Shown piece by piece: positions 41,308-54,948 of a stretch of 64,000 bases of DNA. Numbering within the stretch: the first letter of the stretch is position 1; every line of letters starts with the position of its first letter. Origin of the DNA: Octopus vulgaris (lineage: Eukaryota). The position numbers were made by a program, and so were the translations under genes. The stretch covers positions 29,388,001 through 29,452,000 of the forward strand of contig OX597830.1 in assembly GCA_951406725.2 (NCBI GenBank), in the 5' to 3' direction. The notes under the pieces are model-generated. The model saw only the letters and a program-made list of their open reading frames with translations. It had not been told where the DNA came from and did no database searches.

Positions 41308-41857
41308 GGTGACATAGACTCCCGAACAGACATTCACAAGCATGTACGCGTGCACACTTATCAACATACACACATACATATGATAAATATGCATCCTTAT
41401 GTATGTATATTCATAGCATATAAATAGATTTCTAGGAACATATTTACACTCACGCACTTATCTATACATATGCATACATTTCTACCCACCTCCCTACTTA
41501 ACGGAAATACATAAGTACCTATATATATATATATGTAAATGCATGCACACCCACACATATGTGTGTGTTTATATGTACGTGCGTGTGTGTACTGAAAAAC
41601 ATAGAAATGCGCAATATATATATACATATATATATGTGTGTGTGTGTGTGTGTGCGTGTATATGTGTGTGTGTGTATGTGTGTGTGTTTGTGTGTGTGTG
41701 TATGCATGTATGTATGTATATAGATTGGTAGATAGATAAATATATATATAGAGAGAGAGATAGATATAAAGATAGATAGATAGATAGATAAATCGATAAA
41801 TATATATATGTGTATTTGTGTGTGTATAATACATACGCATTAGATGTGATAGATAAC

Positions 41858-41917
<60 letters not shown>

Positions 41918-41972
41918 CAAATACACAGACCGATTGATAGACAGACAAATAGACAAACAGACAGATAGGTAG

Positions 41973-42017
<45 letters not shown>

Positions 42018-42020
42018 TAA

Positions 42021-42094
<74 letters not shown>

Positions 42095-42710
42095 GTGGAT
42101 CTTTCATATGTGTGCATTTACACAGGAATATATGTGCATGTGCGTGTGCGTTTGTGTGTTTATTAGGAAATTTATTGCAAAATGCAAAAAAGTAAATAAA
42201 AATAAAGAACATTTGTTAGGTTGTAAGAGAAAAGTTTAGTATAGTACATGAGAAGAGAATTAATGAATAACACAGAGAGGGAGAGAGGAAGAGAGCAAGA
42301 CGAAGAAAAACGGGAGGAGGACAGAACGAGAGAGAGTGAAAGAGAAAGGCAAAGAGACATGGAGATAGAGTGAACGAGAAAGTGGTGGAGGAGGGAAAGA
42401 GAGCTACGGTATAATATATATATATATATATAGAAGGAGGAAGAGAAAGAGAGGGGGCAGAATGAACGGGGCGGGAATTATGGGAATTATGAGAATGTAA
42501 AATTATATAGTGTGATAGCGAGAAGTGAAGGGAAATGAAAGACAGCGAGAAAGAGAGAGAAAGAGAGAAGGAGAGAGGAGAGAGAGAGAGAGAGAGAGAG
42601 AAGGAGAGATGGAACGAAAGAAACGAGGGAGGGGCAGAAAAAAAACGAGTAACTGAGTAATCGAGTGAGATTAAGATTGTCTGGCGTACAGAAGCCCACC
42701 CAGAATGCTG

Positions 42711-42853
<143 letters not shown>

Positions 42854-43194
42854 CATATATATATATAGATATATATATAGAGAGAGAGATACATACAGAT
42901 ATAACATATAAATATACTATATTCGAATACGTACACACGCACAAAAAAACATATGCACACACGCACGCACACAAGCACACATACACATATATGGATGGAT
43001 GTGTTATTCCATTTATGCATGTATGTGAGAAGTGTGTCTCTTAGTCTACTAGTGGACGTGTCCTCTTCGTCTGTCTTCTATAAACATGTGAATACATATT
43101 TCGCTAGACCTATATCAGAGGTAATTTATACGTGTGCAATCAATACGTTTATATACGTTACGCATTCAGGGATTATGTGAACGTTTCTATCCGG

Positions 43195-43413
43195 AAGGCG
43201 GCGAGTTAGCTGAAACGTTAGCACGCCGGGTGAAATGCTTCGCAGTATTTCGTCTTTTCTTTTACATTATGAGTTCAAACACCACCAAGGTCGACTTTGC
43301 CATTTATCCTTTCTGAGTCAATAACTTAAGTACCAGTTGCGTACTAGTGTCGATCTAATCGACTAGCCTACTCCTCCAAAATTTCGGGCCTTGTGCCTTG
43401 TTTAGAAAAGAAT
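43195..43413 (+). mobile_element. SINE family A with target-site duplication
   Basis: TSD GTTTCTATCCGG at 43183-43194 and 43414-43425. Confidence 0.9.
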
Positions 43414-43503
43414 GTTTCTATCCGGGCATACATTCATATACATAACCAGACACTCACATTACAGGTATAAAATGCTCAAATATCTGTGAAGTTACGCATG
43501 CGC

Positions 43504-43559
<56 letters not shown>

Positions 43560-43679
43560 TTAATCCGAAAAGACACTAGAGAAAAACAACGCGAGGATGG
43601 TGTACATGCAAAGTATTGAAATATATATATATACTTTTATACTGGATCTAGTATAGATGTATATTTATAACAAAAAGGA

Positions 43680-43965
43680 GCACTCCGTCCGTTACGACAA
43701 CGAAGGTCCAAGCTGATACGATCAACCGAACAGCTTCCTTGTGAAATTAACGTGCAAGTGGCTGAGCACTCCCTAGACACTTATACCCTTAAGGTAATTC
43801 TCGAGGAGTTTCAGCGTGACACAGAATATGACAAGGTTGGCCCTTTGAAATACTGGTATTACTCACTTTTGGCAGCTGAGTGGACTAGAGCCAGGGGAAA
43901 TAAATTGTCTTGCTCAAGGACACAACGCCTGGCCGGTAATTGAACTCACGACCTTACAAACGTAA
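43680..43965 (-). mobile_element. SINE family D head with the tail shared by 61173 (tail type 3)
   Basis: CORE-like TGTCTTGCTCAAGGACACAAC plus CACTCCGTC.GTTACGAC tail, also seen at 38440 and 61180. Confidence 0.75.
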
Positions 43966-44417
43966 GCCTGAGATTATTCACGTTTCTCCAATTATTCAAT
44001 TTCTTCAGTTCGTTGTGATACGTGGTTTGCGCCTGAAGATATGTTTGAGTTTTCTCAGCACTGTTAGTAGTACTTTAATACATGTATTGTTACATTTCAA
44101 TGGATAATGCATACATACATGTGTGTATAAATATTTATACATACGTCCATATATACGTGTGTGTGTGTATAAATATTTATTTGATTTCGTCTTTGTGTCT
44201 GTGTTTGTTCCCATCCTATCGCCTGAAAGATAGATGTAGGTGACCCTTACATCACCGTAACCTAGCCATTTGGCAAAAGAGCCGATAGAGTAAGTAGTGG
44301 GCTTACAAAGAATAAGTCCTGGGGTCGATTTCTTCGACTAAAACCTTTAAGGCGGTGCTTCAGCATAGCTGTAGTCATATGACTGAAACGGATAACATAA
44401 TAAAAGAATATGTATAA

Positions 44418-44462
<45 letters not shown>

Positions 44463-44804
44463 AAATTCTTACATCGATTTGACCACCTGTGTTAGTTCGT
44501 TTACGTCCTCGTAACCTCCCGGTTTTATATAAGAGACGAATAGCCTAAGTAGGAGGTTTAAAATAAGTATTAGTGTTGACCATTTCGACTGAACGCTTCT
44601 AGGTGCTACCCCAGCGTGACTACAGTCGAATGAGTGGAACAATTAAACGACACAAGTTAATATATTGCTGCTACTCAATCTCCACATGCACTTAATTAGA
44701 GAAGGAAAAATGAAACCTAAGTTTGAGCCAGTAACAGACTCGAGACAACAAATGATACCTTGCGATACACTCGAGTTTCTTCTAACTCATATATACATAC
44801 ATAT

Positions 44805-44867
<63 letters not shown>

Positions 44868-44870
<3 letters not shown>

Positions 44871-45053
44871 AGAGTTTAGTTTACGAAAAAAACCCATCAA
44901 AAGACGAAGACAGGTGATGTACAAAGCAAACAGATGTATTAGTATAACGCTCAGGAATAGAAAAAGTCTTTTACGTTTCGAGCCCTCGCTCTTCTACAGA
45001 AAGGGACACGGAAAACAAGGAGAGAAAAAAATGTGTGTAGTGGCTAACGATCT

Positions 45054-45057
<4 letters not shown>
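44868..45057 (-). mobile_element. Penelope-like pLTR fragment in (TA)n
   Basis: Homologous to 3792-3990; flanked on both sides by TA repeats. Confidence 0.7.
44968..45003 (-). ncRNA. Minimal hammerhead variant (CTGTAGAA core)
   Basis: Minus strand: CTTT-CTGTAGAA-GAGC GAGG GCTC-GAAA-CG-TA-AAAG. Confidence 0.75.
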
Positions 45058-45093
<36 letters not shown>

Positions 45094-46811
45094 TCAATTG
45101 GAAACAGCTCGAGATCTATGAACAGAATCGAACACATATACATAAAGAATGTTTTAGCTCATGGGTCGGCTGCATTTTTAGGCGTAAGCAAATATATTCT
45201 CAATGCGCCTGGTGTTATAGGTAGGGTGTGGTGCACGAGTAGCAGTATAGTATTGATAAAATACAAAAAGAAATAAATGTTACTTTATTTTTTAGAAAAC
45301 AAGCGCGTTTCGATAGGTTAACTGCCAAGATTGCATAAGTTCTTGTTCAAATATGATTTATTCTTATTAAGGCGCCTTCACTATGTTTTAAAGTAAAATA
45401 GAAAGAATGCCGTTTTGTGCTACATATATTTCCCAGTATGCAAATTACCAACAAAATAAGTGGAATGACTGAAACTGGGGTACAGCATAGTAGGAGGTAG
45501 ATACACGTACAAATAATTTTCGGTAAGAGATAAATCTACGGTACCTATAGTATATTTGCGACAATGTTATTTTTTAAAGGTTGAAATTCTAATCCTATAA
45601 ATATTTCAAGTTTCAGGGTTTGTAATAAACAGAATAAGGACTTTAAAAAAGTTTACATCTAAAGGGTTTAATTTGTTTTATATGTAAACATTTTGCATTA
45701 ATCTAATGCTGTACGTAACATTCCTGCAAGGAATTGTTGTTTTACAAATATGTATACTAAAGTTCATACAGAACATTTAATATATAAAGCATCAAGTAGC
45801 TCTTTCTATACTGGTATCAACTAAGTTCAGAATGGCTTGTGATAATTAGGTACTTACAAAAACTCTATTGTATTCTTATCGGGTTAAGTGGCTCGGCGAA
45901 AAAAAAAGGGGAGGATAGTGAATGGTATAGCTGTGCGAAAATAAGAGAAAGATATATCAGAAAAAAAAGAATTTAGTAATAAATAAATAAATAAATAAAT
46001 AAAATGAAGACAGCATATATAAAGAGAAATGATCATAGCAGGACCCTAAGTCAGAAGGGTGTGATAATGCTTAGATAAGTGTCATAGCAAAAGAGTTTCC
46101 TAGGTGCGTTCTAAAACAAAAGGAGACTGGAAAAACTATTCTGATATTATTTATTTACCATTACGCCTTTTTTTTTCTTTTTTTTCTTTCTTTTTTTTTT
46201 TTGCTAAGAGGAATACATGAGGAGAATGATGTAAGATGTTTCCTATTTGGAATTATTCATATGAAAATCAAGTATTGCCAAATTTACATTTGGATGAAGT
46301 TTTACTCTGAATTAAAGCTTCATCTTAATGTAAATTTGACGTTTGAATTTCCTCTCCGCATTTCATCGACCAGTTTTGTTTTAAACCGATTGTTAAGCAG
46401 CAGTCTCTTCTAAATGAAGCTGCGCATTAATTTCGAAATCCACATTTCCTTATTACGAATTAACATGTTTCATAACTTGGCTAGTATGCACTTCGTTTTC
46501 ATTTAGCCGCGTATTTTATCACCGTACTAAATCCACGACTAGGTTTCATTATCGTATGCAACAACATCATTATTCTTTCGAGATAAATTGCTTTTACTAA
46601 AAATAAAGACATCATAGTTTCTTATTTCCTCTCCAAAACATCAGAAATTTCTTTTGTGCTTGATTTTTTATTCCTCGGTAATAAAATATCGCTAATAGCT
46701 TTGGTAGAGTTCATTATTTCGAACGATCATTTTAATTCTTAAGCAGAATAAAGTTCAACCGCTCGTTGATGCAGATACAATTAAGACAACTTTATTTGCA
46801 ATTACAAAGTT

Positions 46812-47691
46812 GGCGAGCTGGCAGAAACATTAGCACGCCGGACGAAATGATTTGTGGTATTTCGTGTGCGGTTACGTTCTGAGTTCAAATTCCGCCGAGG
46901 TCGACTTTGCCTTTCATTCTTTCGGGGTCGATTAAATAAGTACCAGTTATGCACTGAGGTCCATATAATCGGCTTAATTCGTTTGTCTATCCTTGTTTGT
47001 CCCCTCTATGTAGCCCCTTGTTGGCAGTAAAGAAATAAGAAACGTTAGCACTCCGAGCGAAATGCTCCGCCTTATTTCGTCTGCTGTTACGTTCTGAGTT
47101 CAAATTCTGCCGAGGTCGACTTTGCCTTTTATCCTTTCGGAGTCGAAACATTAAATACCAGTAGTGTACTGGAGTCGATCTAATTGAGTGACCTCCTTCC
47201 CCAAAATTTTGAGCCTCGTGCCTAGAGTAGATAAGAAATGTTAGCAGGTCGGGCGAAACACTTATCGGTATTTCGTTTGCCGTTACGTTCTGAGTTCAAA
47301 TTCCGCCGAGGTCGACTTTGCCTTTCATCCCTTCGGGATCAATAAATTAAGTACCATTTACGCACTGGTGTCAGTGTAAAATTCTACCTGACCTAGAAAC
47401 GATACACCGTTTGCTAAAACGTGCTCCAATAGGCCGAGCTTGATATTGCTCCAATTGACCGTGCATAAGATCGAGCCCGGTTTATTCTTTTCAGATCTAG
47501 GCACAAGGCCCGAAAATATTGGGGTGGGGCCAGTCGATTAGATTGACCGAAATACGCAAATGGTGCTTAATTTATCGACCCCGCAAGGCAAAGTCGACCT
47601 CGGTGGAATTTGATCTCAGAACGTAGTGGCAGATGAAATATCGTTAAGCATTTCGCCCGGCATGCTAACGATTCTGCCAGCGCGCCGCCTT
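46812..47691. mobile_element. Cluster of four family A SINEs (three tandem +, one -)
   Basis: Units at about 46812-47037, 47038-47234 and 47235-47378 (+), and 47496-47691 (-). Confidence 0.9.
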
Positions 47692-47822
47692 AAGCATATT
47701 ATACCTATATGATTATACATATATGATTTTATATATATATATATAAATATATATTTATATCTATATCTATCTATCTATTTATCTATATATATATGTATAT
47801 ATATATATACATATATATATAT

Positions 47823-47945
47823 CTCCGTGATCACCGTGACCGACCAGGCTATCAGTTGTTGTTACACATCGCTGGTCACAATGCGCTTCGCATTGTTTTA
47901 GCATTCAAATGACGCCACCCCGCTGGCTAAGCGAGCAGGCCAACA

Positions 47946-48023
<78 letters not shown>

Positions 48024-48380
48024 TTATATGGCTTGGCTGTGTGGTAAGAAGTTAACATCCCAACCACGTGACTCCGGGTCGAGTCCCATTGCGAAGCACC
48101 TTGGGCAAGTATCTTCTACTGTAGCCTCGGGTCAAGCAAAGCCGTGTGAGAGGATTTCGTAGACAGAAAGAGATAAACAAGCAGAAAGAGATAATAAGAA
48201 AGAGTGAGAGAAAGTTGTGGCGAAAGAGTACATCAGCGATCGACACCACCCCCTGCCGGAGCATCGTGGAGCTTTAGGTGTTTTCGCTCGATAAACACTC
48301 ACAACGCCCGGTCTGGGAATCGAAACTGCGATCCTACGACTGCGAGTCCGATGCCCTAACCACTAGGCCATTGCGCCTCC
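47823..48380 (-). mobile_element. SINE family C interrupted by (TA)n and a duplicated SINE B piece
   Basis: Head at 48380 (GGAGGCGCAATGGCCTAGTGGTTAGGGC); probable 3' part at 47823-47948. Confidence 0.7.
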
Positions 48381-48392
48381 ACACCACACACA

Positions 48393-48508
<116 letters not shown>

Positions 48509-48521
48509 TATATATATATAT

Positions 48522-48561
<40 letters not shown>

Positions 48562-48565
48562 TTAT

Positions 48566-48972
48566 ATGGCTTGGCTGTGTGGTACGAAGTTAACATCGCA
48601 ACCACATGACTCCGGGTCGAGTCCCATTGCGAAGCACCTTGGGCAAGTATCTTCTACTGTAGCCTCGGGCCAAGCAAAGCCGTGAGAGGATTTAGTAGAC
48701 AGAAACTGAAAGAAGCCTATCGTATAGATGTATGCATAATTATATACGTATATATATATCCATGTAAGTGTTTTCTGTGTCTGTGTTTGTCACCTCACCA
48801 CCACTTGACAGCGGGTGGTTGAGCCAAAAAGACCGATAGAATAAATAGTAGGCTTAATATTAGTATAAGTAGTAGGCTTAACGAAATAAGTCCTACAGTC
48901 GATTTGTTGGACTCAAATCCTTCGATGTGCTGTTGCAGTATGACCACAGTCAAATGCCTGCAACAATAAAAG
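48566..48972 (+). mobile_element. SINE family B, degenerate; 5' part duplicated at 48020-48167
   Basis: Both copies share private variants such as GAAGTTAACATC and CCCATTGCGAAGCACC. Confidence 0.8.
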
Positions 48973-48990
48973 AAGATCTATTAATATTGC

Positions 48991-49057
<67 letters not shown>

Positions 49058-49060
49058 TAC

Positions 49061-49640
49061 ACACAGAGACATCCAGGAAGTAAATAGACATCTTAAATTT
49101 TCAAAGTTTCTCATCTAAGCATCTTAATATGCTTTCAGCGTTGTAGAATCTACAATGTAATTATTCTTGTTCATTCCAGGTGCCATTATATTAAATATTT
49201 GCGAATAGTATCCATGCCAGGCACAAAAAATTCAGCAGAATTGTTAGATTTTCAAACAGGTCGTATTGTTGGGCAATCTGAAGCTGTTCTTAGCCAGCGA
49301 AATATTGCGGAAAATCTTCAAATTCCTCTTGCTACTTTTAATAGAGTTATAGTGCAATTGGAAAGCCAAGGAAAGGAATCAACAGATTGATGTCCCGGTC
49401 GACCTGGGCCCTTGGAAAGGAAGCTTCACTGTTTGAAGAGAATTGTGGAAACCGAACCCCGTTCGAAGGCTTCTGTCATTGCAAAACAGCTAGAAGTTAG
49501 ACCACCAAGAACGTGTGTTACATATCTGCATAAGCTTGGATATTATGGACGCGCAGCTAGAAGAAAACTTCGCTTTCAGCGTATTAAAATCAAGTAAAAG
49601 ATTTTGAAACTTACAGGTGTCTATTTATTTCCTGCACCCC
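49061..49640 (+). mobile_element. Internally deleted Tc1-like element (second family)
   Basis: TIRs CAGGAAGTAAATAGACATCT / AGGTGTCTATTTATTTCCTG; [31 protein letters not shown]; no DDE domain. Confidence 0.85.
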
Positions 49641-49645
49641 CCCCC

Positions 49646-49692
<47 letters not shown>

Positions 49693-50357
49693 TGTATATA
49701 TGCTATCGAGATAATTATTATCTGTAATTATAAAGATTACAGACGTTAAGAGTTAAATATACTTTGCTGTAGACAATGGTGTGTCGATGATTTGTATATA
49801 GGCCGGCGACCGCTACGTGGTTTCATGCATGCTGTATTTTGATTGGATAATATTTTAATTAGTTAAAAGTATTTCCTCGGTATCTGGTTCCCTCTCTTCC
49901 TTCAAATATTAATTCTTTTTCGCTTTTCAGAGCTTTTCTCTTTTTTTTTTATAAATGTACCCAACGAGCGTTTTCATATTGCTTTGACTGATCTCATTCG
50001 TAAATTGTTGTGTATTGTGTTTGCTCATAAGTATCACGTTTTTTTATTTAGCATAATAATAACGTACACATGTGTATATCACGTACACATTTTATATATG
50101 CACTCTTTTACACTTCTATTTGTTTCAGTCATTTGACTGCGGCAATGCTGGAGCACCGTCTTTCAGTCGAACAAATTGACCCCCAGATCTTATGTTTTGT
50201 AAGCCTAGTATTTATTCTATCGGTCTATTTTTCCGAACCGCTATGTTACGGGGACGTAGACACACGAACATCGGTTGTCAAGCGACGGTTTGTGGGAAAA
50301 ACACAGACACGAACATATACATTCATATATGTTAGTATATGTATATGTATATACAAA

Positions 50358-50404
<47 letters not shown>

Positions 50405-50728
50405 TTATATATATATATATATATATGGAGAGAGAGACACACACACCCTTATATATATCCATCCATTTGTGTGTGTATATATATATAAACACTTACGTAT
50501 ATATCTCTGTGATACGTTTTTGGTAATTAGGTTTATGCGTGTATATTTCAATATCTCGGTTTCACTTTAACTTTCATTCTATCAAAGGCAATAAAAATAG
50601 AAACAAGCAGAAAACCGCAAAACACATATAACTATACTGTTTTGTCGAAATAAAATGGATAGGCGAAATAAGTCTAAGCGAGTGACATAAGGCAGACGCT
50701 TAGAGTGAAATGTAAGGAAGGATTAAAT

Positions 50729-50762
<34 letters not shown>

Positions 50763-51339
50763 GGGGAGAATAAGAATAGAGAAAGAAAGAGGGACGAGAG
50801 AAAGAGATAATTGTAGTGAGGAGGAGGATTCTTCATTTAACGAACAAATTAAGTTATATGGCAATTGCAATCGGCACATTTAAAGGTATTAGATGGCAAT
50901 TTATTATTTAATTCCAGCTTAGCCTGCAAATTTCAATGATAGCTCAATATCACAAAACTTCCCGAGACTGTGTTTCTATGAGCGTTTACGTGATGTATAT
51001 TTAATTTCTACTGCTTCTTATCTGTTTTATTTATTCATCTTAAAGATTTGCTCATTTTATTTAACGTTCATTTATTTATAAATTCATTCTCATTCCCTCC
51101 TCCTCCGCAGCTGCTTCAGGCATCACTGACATAATTTTCATCGAAAATAATTCCGACTTTGGAGAAAATGTTATTTAGGAGTTTTAAGCAAGAAAATGTG
51201 AGAAAAATTAGAGAAAATATATTTAAATAGAGAAAGGAGCAAGAGAAAAACAAAACCAAAAAAAACGTAACAGAAGGTGAGGAGGAGGAGGGGGAGGACG
51301 GCAATGACAACGACGAAGGGGTAAAGTAGTGGCAGCAGT

Positions 51340-51418
51340 AAGAGCAGCTGCAGTAGTAGAAGAAAGAGCAGCAGCAGCAGTAGTAGCAGTAGTAGTAGTA
51401 GTAGTAGTAATAGTAGTC

Positions 51419-51460
<42 letters not shown>

Positions 51461-51461
51461 A

Positions 51462-51515
<54 letters not shown>

Positions 51516-51670
51516 AAAAAGATTATCTGATGATGATGATGATGATAAAGAAGAAAAAGAAGGATGAGGAGGGCTAGCAGGAGGGGAGGAGGAGGAAGAA
51601 GAAGAAGAAGAAGAAGAAGAAGAAGAAGAAGAAGAAGAAGAAGAAGAAGAAGAAGAAGAAGAAGAAGAAG
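51340..51670. repeat. Compound (CAG)/(TAG)n, (GAT)n and (GAA)n microsatellites
   Basis: Direct inspection. Confidence 0.95.
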
Positions 51671-52039
51671 AGAAATAAATTGGAGTTGGGTGGAAACAAA
51701 TGATTAATATTAACATAGAAATTAAAGTTAAAATACCGATTAGAAAAGAACCAGGTGACATTCTATAAAAATATATGAAATAATATACAAAAATTCCAAA
51801 TGTATATTCATTCGAGAACGGAAATTTTTAAGCCAATTTCCCAAAGTTTATGAAAAGTTATTTCATCTTATAATCTATATAATATCCCTAGACATTAGTT
51901 ATTTATATTTTGTTAAGTGTTAACTTAAGTGTGTCATTCCGATGATGTCTTAGTTTGGATTATAATTACGATTAAGCTTATTAAATAGTGGTGAGATTCT
52001 AGTTGAATGTGTCATGTGCAAAACATATAAAAAATTGTT

Positions 52040-52110
52040 ACATATTAAGATACCTAGATGAGAAATGTTGAAAATTAAAGGTGTCTATTTACTTCCTGCA
52101 TGTCTGTGTA
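52040..52110 (-). mobile_element. Solo 5' end of the 49061 Tc1 family, inverted
   Basis: Reverse complement matches 49061-49130. Confidence 0.75.
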
Positions 52111-52216
52111 TATATATATATATATTGCGATAATAAATCTTTTATTGTTGTCATTTGACTTCGGCCATACTTCAGCACCACATCGAAGATTTTAGTCCAA
52201 CAAATCGACTGTAGGA

Positions 52217-53180
52217 CTTGTGCGTACTTCTCGAGATTTTTGCGAACTGTTCCCAGGGCTCCGACAATTATTGGTACTACTGCCACTTTTTAATCGACCA
52301 CAACTGTTTAAATTCCCAAACTAACCTGTCATCTCTCGACTTTTCTTTCTTCCTTATCGCATACCTTGTTGTCAGCTGGGCATGCTATGTATATGATCCA
52401 GTGTAGTTTGTTTTCTTTCTCAATTAAAACTATACCCGACTTCCTATTCTTCATCTCATGGTCGCACTGAATCATAAAATCCCACAGGATCTTTGCATTT
52501 CTGTTTTCGACGATGACTTCAGGTTTGTGATCGTTCCAATTTTTTGGTCTGTCAGGTCCTTACTTGTGGCAAAGTGTCCAATGGACAAGCCTGGCTATAT
52601 TGTCGTGGTGTCTCTTATATTCCTTCTAGGCTAGTGGCGTACATTGGCTGGTAATATGCCATACGGTTTCACCGTTATATTCCTTCTAGGGTAGTGGTGT
52701 ACGTTGGCTGGTAATATGCCATACGGTTTCACCTTTCTGTCCATAGATTCTGCACATCACTTTCTGCCGTGTTGTCTATTCTGTATTTTATGTAATTTGT
52801 TCTTAGTGCTTACTCTTCGGCAGTACAAATTAGAGCCTCCGTTTCCGGTTTTTAACCACTTTTAGTCATCCACAGCCATGTTTTTTCTTTGTCATACCTT
52901 CAACATCCCTATGAAGTTGATCCTTCATTCTTTTCTTTGCCCACCTATTTTCAGTTTCATTCGTTTACTATTTCTTGTATAGTGCTTTATCTTTACAATC
53001 TTTCATCCTGACCTTCTTACTTCTAATAATAGCAGTTCTGTGGCATTTTTCACATACCATGCTATGTTGTTTTCTTCTGCTATAATGCTGTGTTCGCATC
53101 CAATAAGTCCTCTTCCCCACCTCTTTTTCTTGGTACATACAGTTTGTGTCACTTTTTCACTTTCAACGACCTCCGAAATG
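52217..53180 (-). pseudogene. R4/Dong-like non-LTR retrotransposon 3' fragment (zinc knuckle + restriction-like endonuclease)
   Basis: GRGLIGCEHS..EENNIAWYVKN; GQKGETVWHIT..RHHDNIARLVHW; KILWDFMIQCDH; VVPIIVGALGTV; many stops and frameshifts. Confidence 0.85.
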
Positions 53181-53210
53181 AACATATTATTTTTATTATT
53201 ATTGTTAGTT

Positions 53211-53271
<61 letters not shown>

Positions 53272-53395
53272 CAGCAGCAGTAGTAGTAGTAGTAGTAGTG
53301 GTGGTGGTGGTGGTGGTGGTGTTAGTAGTAATAATATTAGTGGTGGTAGCAATAGTAGTAGTAAGGTTGTGGTGGTGGTGATGGTGGTGGTGGTT

Positions 53396-53460
<65 letters not shown>

Positions 53461-53830
53461 TGTAGTAGTAGTAGTAGTAATAGTAGAATACATTTTTGAT
53501 CATATTTGCTTAACCGAAGATCTGGCAGAAGTGGAAGAATGTCGGAAAATATGTTTTGTGGGATTTGTTCCGATTCCTTAATTTTTTGCATTCAATGACG
53601 TCCGAAATCACCTCATTCTTTCATCTTCCTAAAAATCGTTGTCAATAAAATGAAGTACGAAAGAAATAATTTGACTCTCTGACTCGACTTACCACATCCT
53701 CAAAATTGCTAGACTCATGCCAAATTCAGATAAACTTTTATAGTTGCATTCCAACTATAACTACTAAATTTTATATATTTTTTCCTATTTTTAGTTCTCC
53801 ATTTTCTAATTTCAGTTTCTTATTTTCCTC

Positions 53831-53899
<69 letters not shown>

Positions 53900-54724
53900 G
53901 ATTTTGTTTAAATATTCGTATGTTGCTTTCTTTAATTGTTTCTCGGTCGTCAAAGCGTTAAATATATCTACATCAAGCTTTGAGTGTGAAAGCAATACCA
54001 GTAGAGACGGTGAAAATCAACACCAATTTGTGAAACAAACTAATTCGAAAACGTCAAACAAAGAAATCCCAGTTGTATTTTCAATACGATCAATCAGAAA
54101 GCTCGCTTGCATCTGGAAGTTTTAATATGTACGGTGTATGGGTAAGCAATTCTATTATACATATATACATGAATACATACTTATAAGTATATATATAACA
54201 TATTACTACACTTATGTGCATACACATAGAAACACATATATACGTGTGTATATGTGTATATATATATATACATAAATACATACATATTTTCCGTAGACAT
54301 ATATAAATACATATTCATATCTAAATGTAATTATATGTGTATGTATGTATATATGTATATATATATACATACATACTTACCTATGTATGTATGTGTGTTT
54401 GAGTGTGTGTCTGTGAGTGTATAATATGCAAACATGCGTTTGCGTACAGTGTATGCGCCTGTTTACATTTTTGTATATGTATGTGTGCGTGCTTGTATAT
54501 ATATATGCGCTTGTGAAAATGGAGGCATGTATACGTATATGCCGATATATTTGAAGATGTTAACAGCAAAGTGTCAGTGGTTCAGGAAAAAAGATGTGTA
54601 AAATGCCAAGAATTGTATAAGAATTTTTGCCTGTAAATACATTTGTCAGCGCGAAATATATATGAGCACTTATGGATACTTTCACGGACAGATGAATTAA
54701 AGACTATAAATGCACATTTAAATA

Positions 54725-54948
54725 GAGTAATTTCTCGCCATATCGCGGTTCACCTATCGCGATTTATCATTTAAGCTTACGTCGAAACTCTGTGGTGTTG
54801 TTTTGCATTTATAATAATATAAATATATACAAATTCTAAAAATAATAAAAGAAATATACTGCACAGTTTCTACTTCGCGGATTCTCATGTATCACGGGGG
54901 GTGGGGAGCGGCTGGAATGTAAAACCCGCAATAGTCGAAAGATTACTG
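54725..54948. mobile_element. Pogo/Tigger-like MITE
   Basis: TIRs (C)AGTAATTTCTCGCCATATCGCGG / CCGCAATAGTCGAAAGATTACTG with an internal CGCGG repeat; TA on the left. Confidence 0.7.

Noticed and set aside
45295-45350. GAAA-CGCG on the minus strand
   Set aside because: No UH site and no recognisable core
46455-46500. GAAA-CATG-TT with a weak stem II on the minus strand
   Set aside because: Core and stem I are absent; compatible with chance in AT-rich DNA
46812-47378. Tandem repeats that could be mistaken for a CRISPR-like array
   Set aside because: The units are ~200 bp dispersed SINE copies in eukaryotic DNA, with no repeat-spacer structure
51105-51180. Pyrimidine tract + CAG acceptor-like site on the plus strand
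   Set aside because: No convincing donor or recognisable peptide; a stop follows after ~22 codons
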